Positions 38,277-47,887 are shown, counted from the stretch's first letter. The stretch: DNA of 64,000 nt from Chloroflexota bacterium (GCA_022826485.1 JAJDUU010000021.1:65558-129557); one strand, 5' to 3'. The notes: a model not told the origin generated them from the sequence alone. Made by a program: numbers and translations.

Positions 38277-39881
38277 TTGCGCTCTCTCGCCACAAACCGT
38301 GGCTCTAGAATCGATCGCGTGACTACTCCACCCGTGCAGGACCTCGAAACTATCGCCATCATTCCGGCTCCGGCCGAGATCAGGCCCCTCCAGGGCCGAT
38401 TCCGGCTCGGGCCATCCACGGCCATCCACCTGACCGATCCGGGACTCGAGCCGGTTGTTGATCGAGAAGTGCAACGGCTTCGCGCATCCACGGGCCTGGA
38501 GCTGCCGGTCACGTCGAATGAGCCGGCGGACATCGTGATTGCATCGGACGCGTCGATCCCGCCGGAGGGCTATCGACTCGAGGTGGGACCCGACGCCGTT
38601 CGGATGCAGGCCGCCGACGCCGCCGCGCTGTTCTACGCCTTTCAGTCGATCCGGCAACTGTTGCCGCCCGAGGTGGAGTGCGAGCACATCCGTTCAGACG
38701 TTGACTGGAGCCTTCCCGCTGTCGAAATCGCGGATCACCCGCGCTTTGCCTACCGCGGACTGATGCTGGACGTGAGCCGTCACTTCTACGAGGTCGATTT
38801 CGTCAAGCGCTTCATCGATCTGATGTCGCGCTACAAGTTCAACCGTTTCCATTGGCATCTGACGGATGACCATGGATGGCGCATCGAGATTCCCGCCTAT
38901 CCGCGCCTGACCGAAGTGGGCGCCTGGCGAAGCGAAACGATGGTCGGGAACAACCTCAAGACGTACGCCGGCGACGGGATTCCACACGGAGGCTTCTACA
39001 CCCAGGACGAGATCCGGGAGGTACTGGACTACGCCGCCCAGCGCTTTGTGACCGTCATTCCCGAGATTGAGATGCCGGGCCATTCCACCGCCGCGCTGGC
39101 CGCCTATCCGGAGTTCGGATGCCACTCCGGTCCTTACGAAGTACCCACGGGTTGGGGGATCAAGAGCGACATTTACTGCCCATCGGAGGCCACGTTCGGT
39201 TTCCTGGAAGACGTGCTCACTGACGTTATGCAGCTATTTCCCAGCGAATACATTCACATCGGAGCGGACGAAGTTCCGAAAGACCAGTGGAGAGACAACA
39301 GCCTGGCGCAAGAGGTCATCGCACGCGAGGGCCTTGCCGATGAAGACGAATTGCAGAGCTGGTTCATCAGGCGCATCGAGGCCTTTCTGAATGCCAATGG
39401 GCGCCGTCTCATCGGCTGGGACGAGATCCTGGAGGGAGGTTTGGCGCCGAACGCGACGGTCATGTCATGGCGCGACATGATCGGTGGAATTGAGGCGGCG
39501 CGACAGGGCCACGACGTCATCATGACGCCCAAGGACTACGTCTACTTCGACTACTTTCAGGGCGATCCCGCCAGCGAGCCGCTGGCCGGCCGCTTCGGCC
39601 ACCCGATCCCGCTGGACACCGTGTATGGGTTCGAACCGATTCCGGGCGAGCTGACGGAGCGGGAAGCCCAGCACATCATCGGCGCACAGGGCAACGTCTG
39701 GACGGAATTCATCAGTACGCGCGAGCACGCGGAATACATGTCGTATCCGAGGGCCGTGGCTCTGTCGGAGGTCGTGTGGTCGCCGAAAGCCACGCGGAGC
39801 TTCGAAGGGTTTTCCAGGCGGCTGAGCGCCAATCTTGCGCATCTGGATGCACTCGGCGTGAACTACCGGGCGCTGGACTAG
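38277..39881 (+). CDS. Beta-N-acetylhexosaminidase (GH20)
   Basis: GH20 catalytic region …RGLMLDVSRHF…, …FHWHLTDDHGWRIEI… and …HIGADEV…. Start is TTG 38277 or GTG 38319. Confidence 0.8.
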   Translation: MRSLATNRGSRIDRVTTPPVQDLETIAIIPAPAEIRPLQGRFRLGPSTAIHLTDPGLEPVVDREVQRLRASTGLELPVTSNEPADIVIASDASIPPEGYRLEVGPDAVRMQAADAAALFYAFQSIRQLLPPEVECEHIRSDVDWSLPAVEIADHPRFAYRGLMLDVSRHFYEVDFVKRFIDLMSRYKFNRFHWHLTDDHGWRIEIPAYPRLTEVGAWRSETMVGNNLKTYAGDGIPHGGFYTQDEIREVLDYAAQRFVTVIPEIEMPGHSTAALAAYPEFGCHSGPYEVPTGWGIKSDIYCPSEATFGFLEDVLTDVMQLFPSEYIHIGADEVPKDQWRDNSLAQEVIAREGLADEDELQSWFIRRIEAFLNANGRRLIGWDEILEGGLAPNATVMSWRDMIGGIEAARQGHDVIMTPKDYVYFDYFQGDPASEPLAGRFGHPIPLDTVYGFEPIPGELTEREAQHIIGAQGNVWTEFISTREHAEYMSYPRAVALSEVVWSPKATRSFEGFSRRLSANLAHLDALGVNYRALD

Positions 39882-40094
39882 AACCGCTTCATTCGTAGGG
39901 CGTACGCCAGGACGCTGACACTTCCGGCCATTGGGTGACGTTCAGCAGAGGTCACGGGCATTGTCAGCAGGTGACGGCGTGCCGAACGCACTCCATGTCC
40001 GGTGCGGCTAGCGAATCTTGCAAGTCCCAGCAGGCCATTTGCGGTGATTCAAGGCAACGCGAGACAACCCGCGACGTTGCCGGAGAAGAACGGC

Positions 40095-40487
40095 CTACAG
40101 CACAGTCCGCACGTGAGGGTAGCCGGCGATTTTCTCGTCGGAGGTCACCAGGGGGAAACCAAGCACCCGGGCAGTGGCGACGATGATCTGGTCCGACGGA
40201 TCACGATGGAACTCTCCGGGCAGGCTGATCGACTCCACAGCGACCGCAGGCGTCAACTCCAACAGGGTGACTCCGGGATATCCGAGCGCTGCATCGAACC
40301 ACTCGGAAAGACCGACCGGCAACGCCAAGCGTCCGTACTCGCAGAGCTTCGCGATCTCCCAGCAGGAAATGGCGCTGACGCCGATGCCGACGTCCTCGCT
40401 CCCCGCGATCTCCCTCCGCTGCGTGCCGGTCAGCCGCTCGGGATCAATCGTCCACCACACCCAGGCGTGGGTGTCAAGCATGATCAT
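40095..40487 (-). CDS. PIN-domain protein (VapC-like toxin)
   Basis: MIMLDTHAWVWW…, …VSAISCWEIA… and …IIVATARVLGFPLVTSD… match the PIN acidic quartet layout. The ATG overlaps the stop of the upstream gene (ATGA). Confidence 0.7.
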   Translation of the reverse strand: MIMLDTHAWVWWTIDPERLTGTQRREIAGSEDVGIGVSAISCWEIAKLCEYGRLALPVGLSEWFDAALGYPGVTLLELTPAVAVESISLPGEFHRDPSDQIIVATARVLGFPLVTSDEKIAGYPHVRTVL

Positions 40488-41101
40488 GACCGAATCGCCC
40501 AGTCGTCCGCCGCAACCGGTTCGTGGGGGAGATCGTAGCGGTAGGGTTCGCCTCGCAGGGGGTAGCGACCGTCGTCGGGTGGAACCCGTTTCACCGCCCA
40601 CCTCGGCTCGTGCTCCAGGTTGAAGTGCCTGCCGTGGGTCAGGACGTAGATTCGCGGGTTCGGACCCGAGACATCCACAACCCGGTAAATCGAAGCACCC
40701 CCACGGGTGAGGGCGTCGTGCGACCTCTGGCTGGAGACCTTGAGCTTGTGCCAGTCCAGAGTGGACGACTCGGTGCCCTTGACCTCAATTCGCTCGCACC
40801 GACCGTCGATAGAGACCCTGAGGTCCGCGCCGTCCCCATCCTCCTCGATCTCCGCCCGGCGTCCGTGTCTGTCGCTTAGGTGCTTGCGGACGATCGACAC
40901 CGCCTTTTCGGCGGTGCCGAGGCCGGCCAGATCGTGGCGCTGCGTCGGGCTCAGGGCAACCGAGAATGATGGGTAACGGCTGGTGGATTCAGGCAATGCG
41001 TCGATCTGCGATGTGGATTGGGCGTGCGGAGAGGTGATCGCTGTCCCCCGGCGGCCGCTGGTCACGTTTATCCGTTGCCTGAGCTGGTCGGCCCGGTCCA
41101 T
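40484..41101 (-). CDS. DUF3883-like (predicted PD-(D/E)xK nuclease fold) domain protein, translationally coupled to the PIN gene
   Basis: …AGLGTAEKAVSIVRKHL…GADLRVSIDGRCERIEVKGTESS…LKVSSQRSHDAL…IYRVVDV… matches the DUF3883 pattern GxxGExxV…YDI…IEVK(T)T…LSxNE…YxxYRV. The start is ATG 41101 or upstream M at 41158. Confidence 0.5.
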   Translation of the reverse strand: MDRADQLRQRINVTSGRRGTAITSPHAQSTSQIDALPESTSRYPSFSVALSPTQRHDLAGLGTAEKAVSIVRKHLSDRHGRRAEIEEDGDGADLRVSIDGRCERIEVKGTESSTLDWHKLKVSSQRSHDALTRGGASIYRVVDVSGPNPRIYVLTHGRHFNLEHEPRWAVKRVPPDDGRYPLRGEPYRYDLPHEPVAADDWAIRS

Positions 41102-41546
41102 GGCTCGACGCCTCTCAGATTCCTGAGTCGGGCCGTCGTCCCCCGGGTCCGCGACCAATCGAAACTGGCCGCGGCCAACGCGCCAGACCTTGGGCGCCGA
41201 TCCCCTCCCGACAAAGTCGCCGATCTTCTCGCCTTCCGTTGAGACGCTGCTGTTGAACGGACAGACGTTGATCGTGGTCAGCGCGAACTCGGGACTTCCG
41301 GGACCCGCAAGAAACGGTAAGGTCGCCAGTCCTCCATACGCGAGGGATGAGGTCCCGGTCGCGAAGGTCGTAGACGTGATCCCAGAAGGTGGTCCGACGG
41401 TCGCTCATCGGTACGCCTCGATACGGCCTGTTTCGTATACCTATCCTATTCTAGGATCGGATATATAGTATAGGAGTTTTTGTGCAAGGCCGCAGGCGCG
41501 GCAGCGGACGAACCGCTCTTGGTAATAGACGCAGCATGGTGAGACT

Positions 41547-41621
41547 TGGCTCCTCGGGCAGGACTCGAACCTGCAACCCTGCGGTTAACAGCCGCACGCT
41601 CTACCATTGAGCTACCGAGGA
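41547..41621 (-). tRNA. tRNA-Asn (anticodon GTT)
   Basis: Reverse complement: TCCTCGGTAGCTCAATGGTAGAGCGTGCGGCTGTTAACCGCAGGGTTGCAGGTTCGAGTCCTGCCCGAGGAGCCA, with anticodon loop CUGUUAA. Confidence 0.85.
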
Positions 41622-41691
41622 ATGCGGCGCGGCAGGCTCACACGAACATGGCGCCCGTAAAGGGCGCCAATGTCGCTATGGCCGGCGAGGA

Positions 41692-41806
41692 TTAGCCCTC
41701 GGCGACCTCTTCGGCATCTCCGCCGCCAATAAACTTCCGGATTGCGCGGAATGCCACCGCGACCACCCCGACGATCGCTGTGAGAATACCGATGCGTTTG
41801 AGCATG
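41692..41806 (-). CDS. Possible 37-aa single-TM peptide
   Basis: MLKRIGILTAIVGVVAVAFRAIRKFIGGGDAEEVAEG, with aagg about 10 nt upstream. A short ORF is weak evidence in this GC-rich sequence. Confidence 0.25.
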
Positions 41807-41946
41807 TACGAGCACCTTCGCCTTCGTCCGCCGCTTCCGACTATAGCAGAGGCCCGCGGAGATTTGACCCTGCCCGCCTGCCAAAACGAGACGATGCCAT
41901 CGGGTCGCAAGCGGCAGGTTCGGACGGACCGGCAGCGGCGTTCGGG

Positions 41947-43461
41947 CTAGCCTTTGATCACGCCCACGGGCCGGAGCCGGGCCACGTTCCGAGAGATGCC
42001 GGCGCCATGGGTGACGGCGGTCACGTCGGCCACATTCTTGTAGGCGTCTGGCGCTTCCTCGCTGAGCAATCGGGCGTTGCGGGCGCGAACGCCGACACCC
42101 ATCGCGCCGAGGCGCTCGACCATGTTCACCCCTCGGAGCTGCCGGCGCGCCGCCGAACGGCTGAGCGCGCGGCCGGCGCCGTGGCAGGTGGAACCAAATG
42201 ACTGCTCCATGGCGCCCGCCGTGCCGACGGCCACGTAGGACGCCCGCCCCATATCGCCCGGGATGAACACGGGTTGCCCCACCTCCTGGTATTTGCTCGG
42301 AAGCTCGGGGTGCCCAGGCGGGAAGGCGCGCGTGGCGCCCTTGCGGTGGACGCAGACGCGACGCGGTTGCCCGTCAACGATGTGCTCCTCAATCTTGGCG
42401 ATGTTGTGCGCCACGTCGTACACGACGTCCATCCCGAGCGCGCGCGACGACCGGCCAAACACGCCCGCGAGGGCCTCCCGCGTCCAGTGCGTGATGGCTT
42501 GCCGATTGGCCCAGGCGAAGTTCGCGCCGCATGCCATGGCCGCCAGGTAGTCCTGGCCTTCCGGCGAGCGCAGCGGGGCGCAGGCCAGCTGGCGATCAGG
42601 CAGATGGATTGAGCGGCTGGCCGGTGCTTGGGCAAATGTCTGCAAGTAGTCCTGGCAGATCTGGTGGCCACAGCCACGAGATCCGGTGTGCAGGAAGACG
42701 ACGATGGTTCCCGGCACCTCGATCCCAAGGGCAGCCGCGGCGGGTGCGTCGAATACCTCGTCGACGGCCTGCAGTTCGAGGAAGTGATTGCCCGAGCCCA
42801 AGGTGCCGAGTTGACCGGCGCCACGTTCCTTGGCGCGTGCCGAAACCGCGTTGGGGTCGGCGCCGGCGAGCGTTCCGCGCTCCTCGGCGACCTCGAGGTC
42901 CTCGGGCCAGCCGAGGCCCTGGTCAACGGCCCACGCGGCGCCCCGGCGCAGCACCCGGTCCATATTCTTGCGCGTCAGCCGGATGCGGCCCTTGGTCCCC
43001 ATGCCGGCAGGCACGGCGCGGAACAACGCATCGAGGGTTTCGTCGAGCCTGGGACGAAGCTCCGCCTCGGTGAGGTTGGTGCGAATGAGCCGCACGCCGC
43101 AGTTGATGTCGAAGCCGATGCCGCCGGGAGATATCACGCCGTCTCGCACGTCCGTCGCCGCCACGCCCCCGACGGGAAACCCATAGCCCCAGTGCACGTC
43201 GGGCATGGCCAGGGCGTGCCCCACGATCCCGGGCAAGAACGTGACGTTGGCCAATTGCTCCAGCGGCTTGTCGGACAGAACGGTCGGCAGCATGGTCTCG
43301 GACGAATAGATGACTCCCGGCACTCGCATGCCGGTCTTGTAGCTGGTTGGGATTTGCCAGCGATACGTATCGAGGCGCTCGAGGTGCGACGCGTCGGGGC
43401 CGGATGCCGGCGGCCCCGCGCCCCGGCCGCGCGAACGCTTCTTGCGGCGTGAGGCGCTCAC
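41947..43461 (-). CDS. rtcB: RNA-splicing ligase RtcB
   Basis: …HWGYGFPVGG…, …GIGFDINCGVR…, …GSGNHF…, …HTGSRG… and …HNIA… are RtcB metal- and GTP-binding motifs. Confidence 0.85.
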   Translation of the reverse strand: MSASRRKKRSRGRGAGPPASGPDASHLERLDTYRWQIPTSYKTGMRVPGVIYSSETMLPTVLSDKPLEQLANVTFLPGIVGHALAMPDVHWGYGFPVGGVAATDVRDGVISPGGIGFDINCGVRLIRTNLTEAELRPRLDETLDALFRAVPAGMGTKGRIRLTRKNMDRVLRRGAAWAVDQGLGWPEDLEVAEERGTLAGADPNAVSARAKERGAGQLGTLGSGNHFLELQAVDEVFDAPAAAALGIEVPGTIVVFLHTGSRGCGHQICQDYLQTFAQAPASRSIHLPDRQLACAPLRSPEGQDYLAAMACGANFAWANRQAITHWTREALAGVFGRSSRALGMDVVYDVAHNIAKIEEHIVDGQPRRVCVHRKGATRAFPPGHPELPSKYQEVGQPVFIPGDMGRASYVAVGTAGAMEQSFGSTCHGAGRALSRSAARRQLRGVNMVERLGAMGVGVRARNARLLSEEAPDAYKNVADVTAVTHGAGISRNVARLRPVGVIKG

Positions 43462-43473
43462 GCCAGCCTCACG

Positions 43474-43911
43474 CTAGACATCCACAATCACGCGAACCCG
43501 CACGGCATCGGCATCGCAATGAACCTCCAGATCGTGGTAGCTCACGGCTTTCACTCCCACGCCGAGGACATGCCGCGTTTCGTCAAACGTCTCGCCACGC
43601 GCGGTGGCGACGAGCCGGCCGGGATCGTTGACGGCAACCTCGAAACTCGCCGACAGCCAGCCGTCGGTTTCAAACGCGTAGAGCAACTCGCTGAGCCACG
43701 CGACCACCAGCGCCGCCGCATCGTCGGCCGAGACGCGGAACGTGCGCAAGTCGCCGGCTCGCACCGAGCCAGCGTGCAGCATGATGCCTTGAAGGCCCAT
43801 TCCGGCCTCGGCGAGCGCCTCGCCAGTCGTTGCGCCCCACGCTTCGAGCCCGACATCGGCCGTGTGATCGAAGGTGGCATGGCCGCGCCCGCGATCCTGA
43901 TTGCCCGGCAT
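43474..43911 (-). CDS. Archease (RtcB activator)
   Basis: ATG at 43911 gives …ATFDHTADVGLEAWG… (archease HTAD motif). It is directly upstream of rtcB. Confidence 0.8.
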   Translation of the reverse strand: MPGNQDRGRGHATFDHTADVGLEAWGATTGEALAEAGMGLQGIMLHAGSVRAGDLRTFRVSADDAAALVVAWLSELLYAFETDGWLSASFEVAVNDPGRLVATARGETFDETRHVLGVGVKAVSYHDLEVHCDADAVRVRVIVDV

Positions 43912-43973
43912 GTGCGCTCCTTTGGACAAGGATAGGCGAGCCGGCGGGGTTAGACTGGTCGCCACCGCAGGCA

Positions 43974-45278
43974 GTGAGATCTCTGACAGTGGCCGGCACC
44001 GACACGTTCTTATCCGTTGACGAGGCGCGCGAGCGCATCCTGGCGGCCGTGACGCCGCTGGCCCCGGTTTCGGTGGGCCTGGCCGAGGCCCATGGGTTGG
44101 TGACCGCCCAAGACGTGACGTCGCAGGTCGACGTGCCCGGATTCGACAATTCGGCGTTCGACGGCTACGCCCTGCGGGCGGCGGACGTCGGGCGCGCGCG
44201 GGAGGACGCCGGCGTGTCCTTGCGGGTGGTCGGTGAGGTGGCCGCCGGCAGCGCCGGCGAGGTGCGCATCGAGGCCGGAACCGCGGCGCGAATCATGACC
44301 GGAGCGCCCATTCCGCCGGGCGCCGATGCCGTGCTTCCGTTCGAGGACACGGACGGTGTGCACTGGGCGCGGAAGCCCGGGGCCGGCGATGGCCACGTCC
44401 AGGTCCTGGAGTCCGCGGACGTCGGGGAGAACATTCGGCGGCGCGCGGGCGATGTCGCCGAGGGCGACGTCGTCGCCCCCAAGGGCCGGGTGCTGAATGC
44501 GGCCCACATTGGCGTGCTGGCTTCGGTGGACGTCACCGAGGTTCGCGTCCATCCGCGCGCCCGGGTTGCGATCCTCCCGACGGGTGACGAGATTGTCGAG
44601 GTCGGTGAACCCATCGCCCCGGGACAGGTGCGCAATAGCAATGCCTGGGGCCTGACCGCGCTCACCAGGCGCTACGGCGCGACCGCCGAGCGGCTCCCAA
44701 TCGCGCCCGACACCGAGTCCGGCTTGCGCGCCGCGATTCGGCACGGCCGGGACGCCGATCTCCTGGTGACGATCGGCGGCGTGTCCATGGGCGACTACGA
44801 TCTCGTGCGCAACGTGATCGCCTCGGCCGGCCGGATGGACTTCTGGCAGATCAACATGCGCCCCGGCAAGCCGCTGGCGTTCGGCGAGATCGACGGGACG
44901 CCCGTGATCGGCCTGCCCGGGAACCCCGTGTCGAGCATGGTCTGCTTTGAGCTGTTCGTGCGGCCCGCGCTGCTCAAGCAGATGGGGCACCCGCAACTGG
45001 AGAATCCCATCGTGCGCCCCCGCGCCCTCGAGCCCATGCGCAGCTCGGCGGGCAAGCGCACCTACGTGCGGGTGACCGTACGGCGCGATGGCGACGAACT
45101 CGTCTGCGCGCCCGCTGGTGAGCAGGATTCGTTCCGACTGACCTCGATGACCCAGGGCAACGGCCTGGCCGTGGTGCCCGAGGGGACGGCGATTCAAGCC
45201 GGCGATCCGGTGTCCGTGATCGCCCTTGACGAGCGCGAAATGCTGCTGCTGTCGCGACCGGCCGCGCTGATACCATGA
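43974..45278 (+). CDS. moeA: Molybdopterin molybdotransferase
   Basis: …FDNSAFDGYA…, …PTGDE… and …GGVSMGDYD… motifs. GTG at 43974. Confidence 0.8.
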   Translation: MRSLTVAGTDTFLSVDEARERILAAVTPLAPVSVGLAEAHGLVTAQDVTSQVDVPGFDNSAFDGYALRAADVGRAREDAGVSLRVVGEVAAGSAGEVRIEAGTAARIMTGAPIPPGADAVLPFEDTDGVHWARKPGAGDGHVQVLESADVGENIRRRAGDVAEGDVVAPKGRVLNAAHIGVLASVDVTEVRVHPRARVAILPTGDEIVEVGEPIAPGQVRNSNAWGLTALTRRYGATAERLPIAPDTESGLRAAIRHGRDADLLVTIGGVSMGDYDLVRNVIASAGRMDFWQINMRPGKPLAFGEIDGTPVIGLPGNPVSSMVCFELFVRPALLKQMGHPQLENPIVRPRALEPMRSSAGKRTYVRVTVRRDGDELVCAPAGEQDSFRLTSMTQGNGLAVVPEGTAIQAGDPVSVIALDEREMLLLSRPAALIP

Positions 45279-45287
45279 CAAGCCCTC

Positions 45288-45361
45288 GGGCGCGTAGCTC
45301 AGCTGGTCAGAGCGCGCGGTTCACATCCGCGAGGTCATAGGTTCGAGTCCTATCGCGCCCA
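45288..45361 (+). tRNA. tRNA-Val (anticodon CAC)
   Basis: GGGCGCGTAGCTCAGCTGGTCAGAGCGCGCGGTTCACATCCGCGAGGTCATAGGTTCGAGTCCTATCGCGCCCA, with anticodon loop UUCACAU. CCA is not fully encoded. Confidence 0.85.
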
Positions 45362-45607
45362 CCGAGACGCCGCCACCTATCCCGGCATCGCCGCCAAAAC
45401 GGAAGATTCGACGTCGGCTGGTCGCACCTTCGATCTCCACGCAGCCGGGAGGCACCGGTTGAATCCAGGCTCAATCGACCGGCGGTCGTCGAGCAGATGC
45501 CGGGCCTGAAGCCGACTGCTCTATGGTAAAGTCGCCAAACCTGGCTCCGACCGACAAGCCGCCGCGCGCCGCGTCCGGCGGAAATCATAATTTAAGAGGG
45601 CTCCAAC

Positions 45608-47887
45608 GTGACTGAATCCCTCGCTCGAGTCAGCGCGCGAAGACCCTGGGTTACCATCGGCATTTGGGGCGTTCTCGTCCTGGCGGCGCTCGGATTAGTT
45701 CAGGCGCTATTGGCAAGTGCCACGACCACTGATCTGCGGCTGGCGGATCGTTACGAATCGGAGCGCGCCGCCGCGTTGCTGGAAGATCGGTTGCGTGGAC
45801 CCAGGGCCCTGGCCGAAATCGTCATTGTCCAGTCTCCTGATTTGACTGTAGATGACGATGCATTTCGCGCCAAAGTAGAGCAAGTTCATCAGAATATCAC
45901 CGCGCTTGGTCCCGAGATAATATCCGGTGGGATAGATGGACAGCAGATCGGCGGACAGCCGTTTTCGCACTACTATCAGGCGGCTGCCGTCAGCGCCCTC
46001 ATTCCTCCGGAACAGCTCCAGCAGCTGCTTTCAATCCTCGTTTCCGAGAGCCAGCGGACGGTGCTGCTGCATTACACGCTGGCCGGTGACCTAGACGAGG
46101 CGACGGCGAACGTCGAGGAGCTGATTCACGTCGTCCGTGAGGCCAACGCCGCGGATGATTTCCGCGTGTTGATCGGCGGTGACGCAAGCGTGTCCTTTGA
46201 AAACAATGAGCTGAGCGCGCATGACCTGGAGCAAGGCGAGCGTTTCGGCGTTCCCATCGCGCTGATCATCCTGCTGCTGCTCTTCGGTGCGGTGGCCGCT
46301 ACGCTGCTGCCGCTCGGAATGGCCATCGTCGCCATCGCCATGGCGCTCGCGGCCGTGGGGATCATCGGCCAGGCCTTCGAGTTGATCTTCTTCGTCACGA
46401 TGATTATCACCATGATCGGCCTGGCGGTGGGCATCGACTACTCGCTGCTGATCGTGTCGCGGTTCCGGGAGGAACTGAGCCGCGGCCTCGACAAACACGA
46501 AGCCGTCGCCAAAGCGGGCGATACGGCGGGGCGCACGGTCCTCTTCAGCGGCACCACCGTCGTGATCGCCTTGCTGGGAATGTTCATCGTGCCCGTGTCC
46601 TTCTTCCAATCACTGGGGCTGGGAGCCATCCTGGTGGTGCTCACCGCCCTCGCCGCAACGCTGACACTCCTGCCGGCCCTGCTGGCCTTGCTCGGCCCCA
46701 GGGTGGATTTCCTGACCATTCCCTTCCTCTCCAGGTTCTCCCTCAAGGGCGCGCAGGACTCCGAAGGCGGCTTCTGGTTGACCATCACCCGCGCCGTCAC
46801 GCGGTTCCCCGTGTTCAGCATCCTGCTCATCGGCGTGCCGATGATCGTGCTGTCGTCGTTCTATTTCGGCATCACCACGGGCCTCAACGACGTCAACAGC
46901 TTCCCCGAGAAATCCGAGACCAAGGAAGCGTTCATCGTCTTCGAAGAGGAGTTCTCCTTCGGCGACGTGAGCCCCGCCGGGGTGCTCAGCCCCGCGGAAA
47001 TCGTCGTGGACGGCGACATCGGCAGTCCACAGGTGCAGACGGCGATCGCGCGTCTCACGCAATCGCTGGCGGAGGACCCCGCCTTTCCGATCCCGCCCGA
47101 GGAGCCGGAGGTCAACGCCGCCGGCGACCTCGCGCTGCTGACGCTGCCATTCCCCGGCCACATCAATAGCCGTGCGGCCACGGAGAAGATGGCGACGATT
47201 CGCGACGTGCACGTTGCCGAGGCGTTCGACGGGGTGCCCGCCGAGGTCTACGTGGGCGGCGCGACCGCTGAGGCCGCCGACTTCTTCAGCATTGTCGACA
47301 CGTTTACGCCAATCGTCTTCGCGTTCGTGCTTGGCTCCAGCTTCATCATCCTGATGCTGGTGTTTCGATCGATCGTCATCCCGCTCAAAGCCATCATCAT
47401 GAACCTGCTCTCGGTCGGCACGGCCTACGGTCTGCTGGTGATCGTGTTCCAACACGGCGTTGGTCGAGAGTTCTTTGGCTTTCAGCAGGCGGAGGTGATC
47501 GACGCCTGGATACCCCTCTTCCTGTTTTCCATCCTCTTCGGACTTTCCATGGACTACCACGTCTTTCTGCTGAGTCGCATCCGCGAACGCTACGACGAGA
47601 GCCAGGACAACCTGCAAGCCGTGGCCTACGGCCTGCAATCCACCGGCAGGATGATCACCGGCGCCGCCCTGATCATGGTCGCCGTATTTGGCGCGTTTGC
47701 CGCCGGCGAGACCATCGTCAATCAGCTGGTCGGATTTGGATTGGCCGTGGCGGTGCTGTTGGACGCGACGCTGGTGCGCTCGGTCTTGGTGCCGGCGAGC
47801 ATGGCGGTGCTCGGCAAAGGCAACTGGTATCTGCCATCGTGGCTGGGTTGGCTTCCAGACCTGCGAGTCGAGGCCGAAGAGGGTTAA
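45608..47887 (+). CDS. MMPL-family (RND superfamily) membrane transporter
   Basis: 759 aa with two blocks of ~6 TM helices, each followed by a large extracytoplasmic domain. The …GIDYSLL… and …GLSMDY… motifs are typical of MMPL. RBS agaggg, GTG at 45608. Confidence 0.8.
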   Translation: MTESLARVSARRPWVTIGIWGVLVLAALGLVQALLASATTTDLRLADRYESERAAALLEDRLRGPRALAEIVIVQSPDLTVDDDAFRAKVEQVHQNITALGPEIISGGIDGQQIGGQPFSHYYQAAAVSALIPPEQLQQLLSILVSESQRTVLLHYTLAGDLDEATANVEELIHVVREANAADDFRVLIGGDASVSFENNELSAHDLEQGERFGVPIALIILLLLFGAVAATLLPLGMAIVAIAMALAAVGIIGQAFELIFFVTMIITMIGLAVGIDYSLLIVSRFREELSRGLDKHEAVAKAGDTAGRTVLFSGTTVVIALLGMFIVPVSFFQSLGLGAILVVLTALAATLTLLPALLALLGPRVDFLTIPFLSRFSLKGAQDSEGGFWLTITRAVTRFPVFSILLIGVPMIVLSSFYFGITTGLNDVNSFPEKSETKEAFIVFEEEFSFGDVSPAGVLSPAEIVVDGDIGSPQVQTAIARLTQSLAEDPAFPIPPEEPEVNAAGDLALLTLPFPGHINSRAATEKMATIRDVHVAEAFDGVPAEVYVGGATAEAADFFSIVDTFTPIVFAFVLGSSFIILMLVFRSIVIPLKAIIMNLLSVGTAYGLLVIVFQHGVGREFFGFQQAEVIDAWIPLFLFSILFGLSMDYHVFLLSRIRERYDESQDNLQAVAYGLQSTGRMITGAALIMVAVFGAFAAGETIVNQLVGFGLAVAVLLDATLVRSVLVPASMAVLGKGNWYLPSWLGWLPDLRVEAEEG

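Noticed and set aside
39882-41546. att-site-like direct repeat of the tRNA-Asn 3' end, and any integrase or transposase across the window
   Set aside because: Visual search found no duplicated tRNA 3' segment and no ORF with integrase, transposase or recombinase motifs. The island interpretation therefore rests only on the tRNA adjacency and the AT-rich patch.
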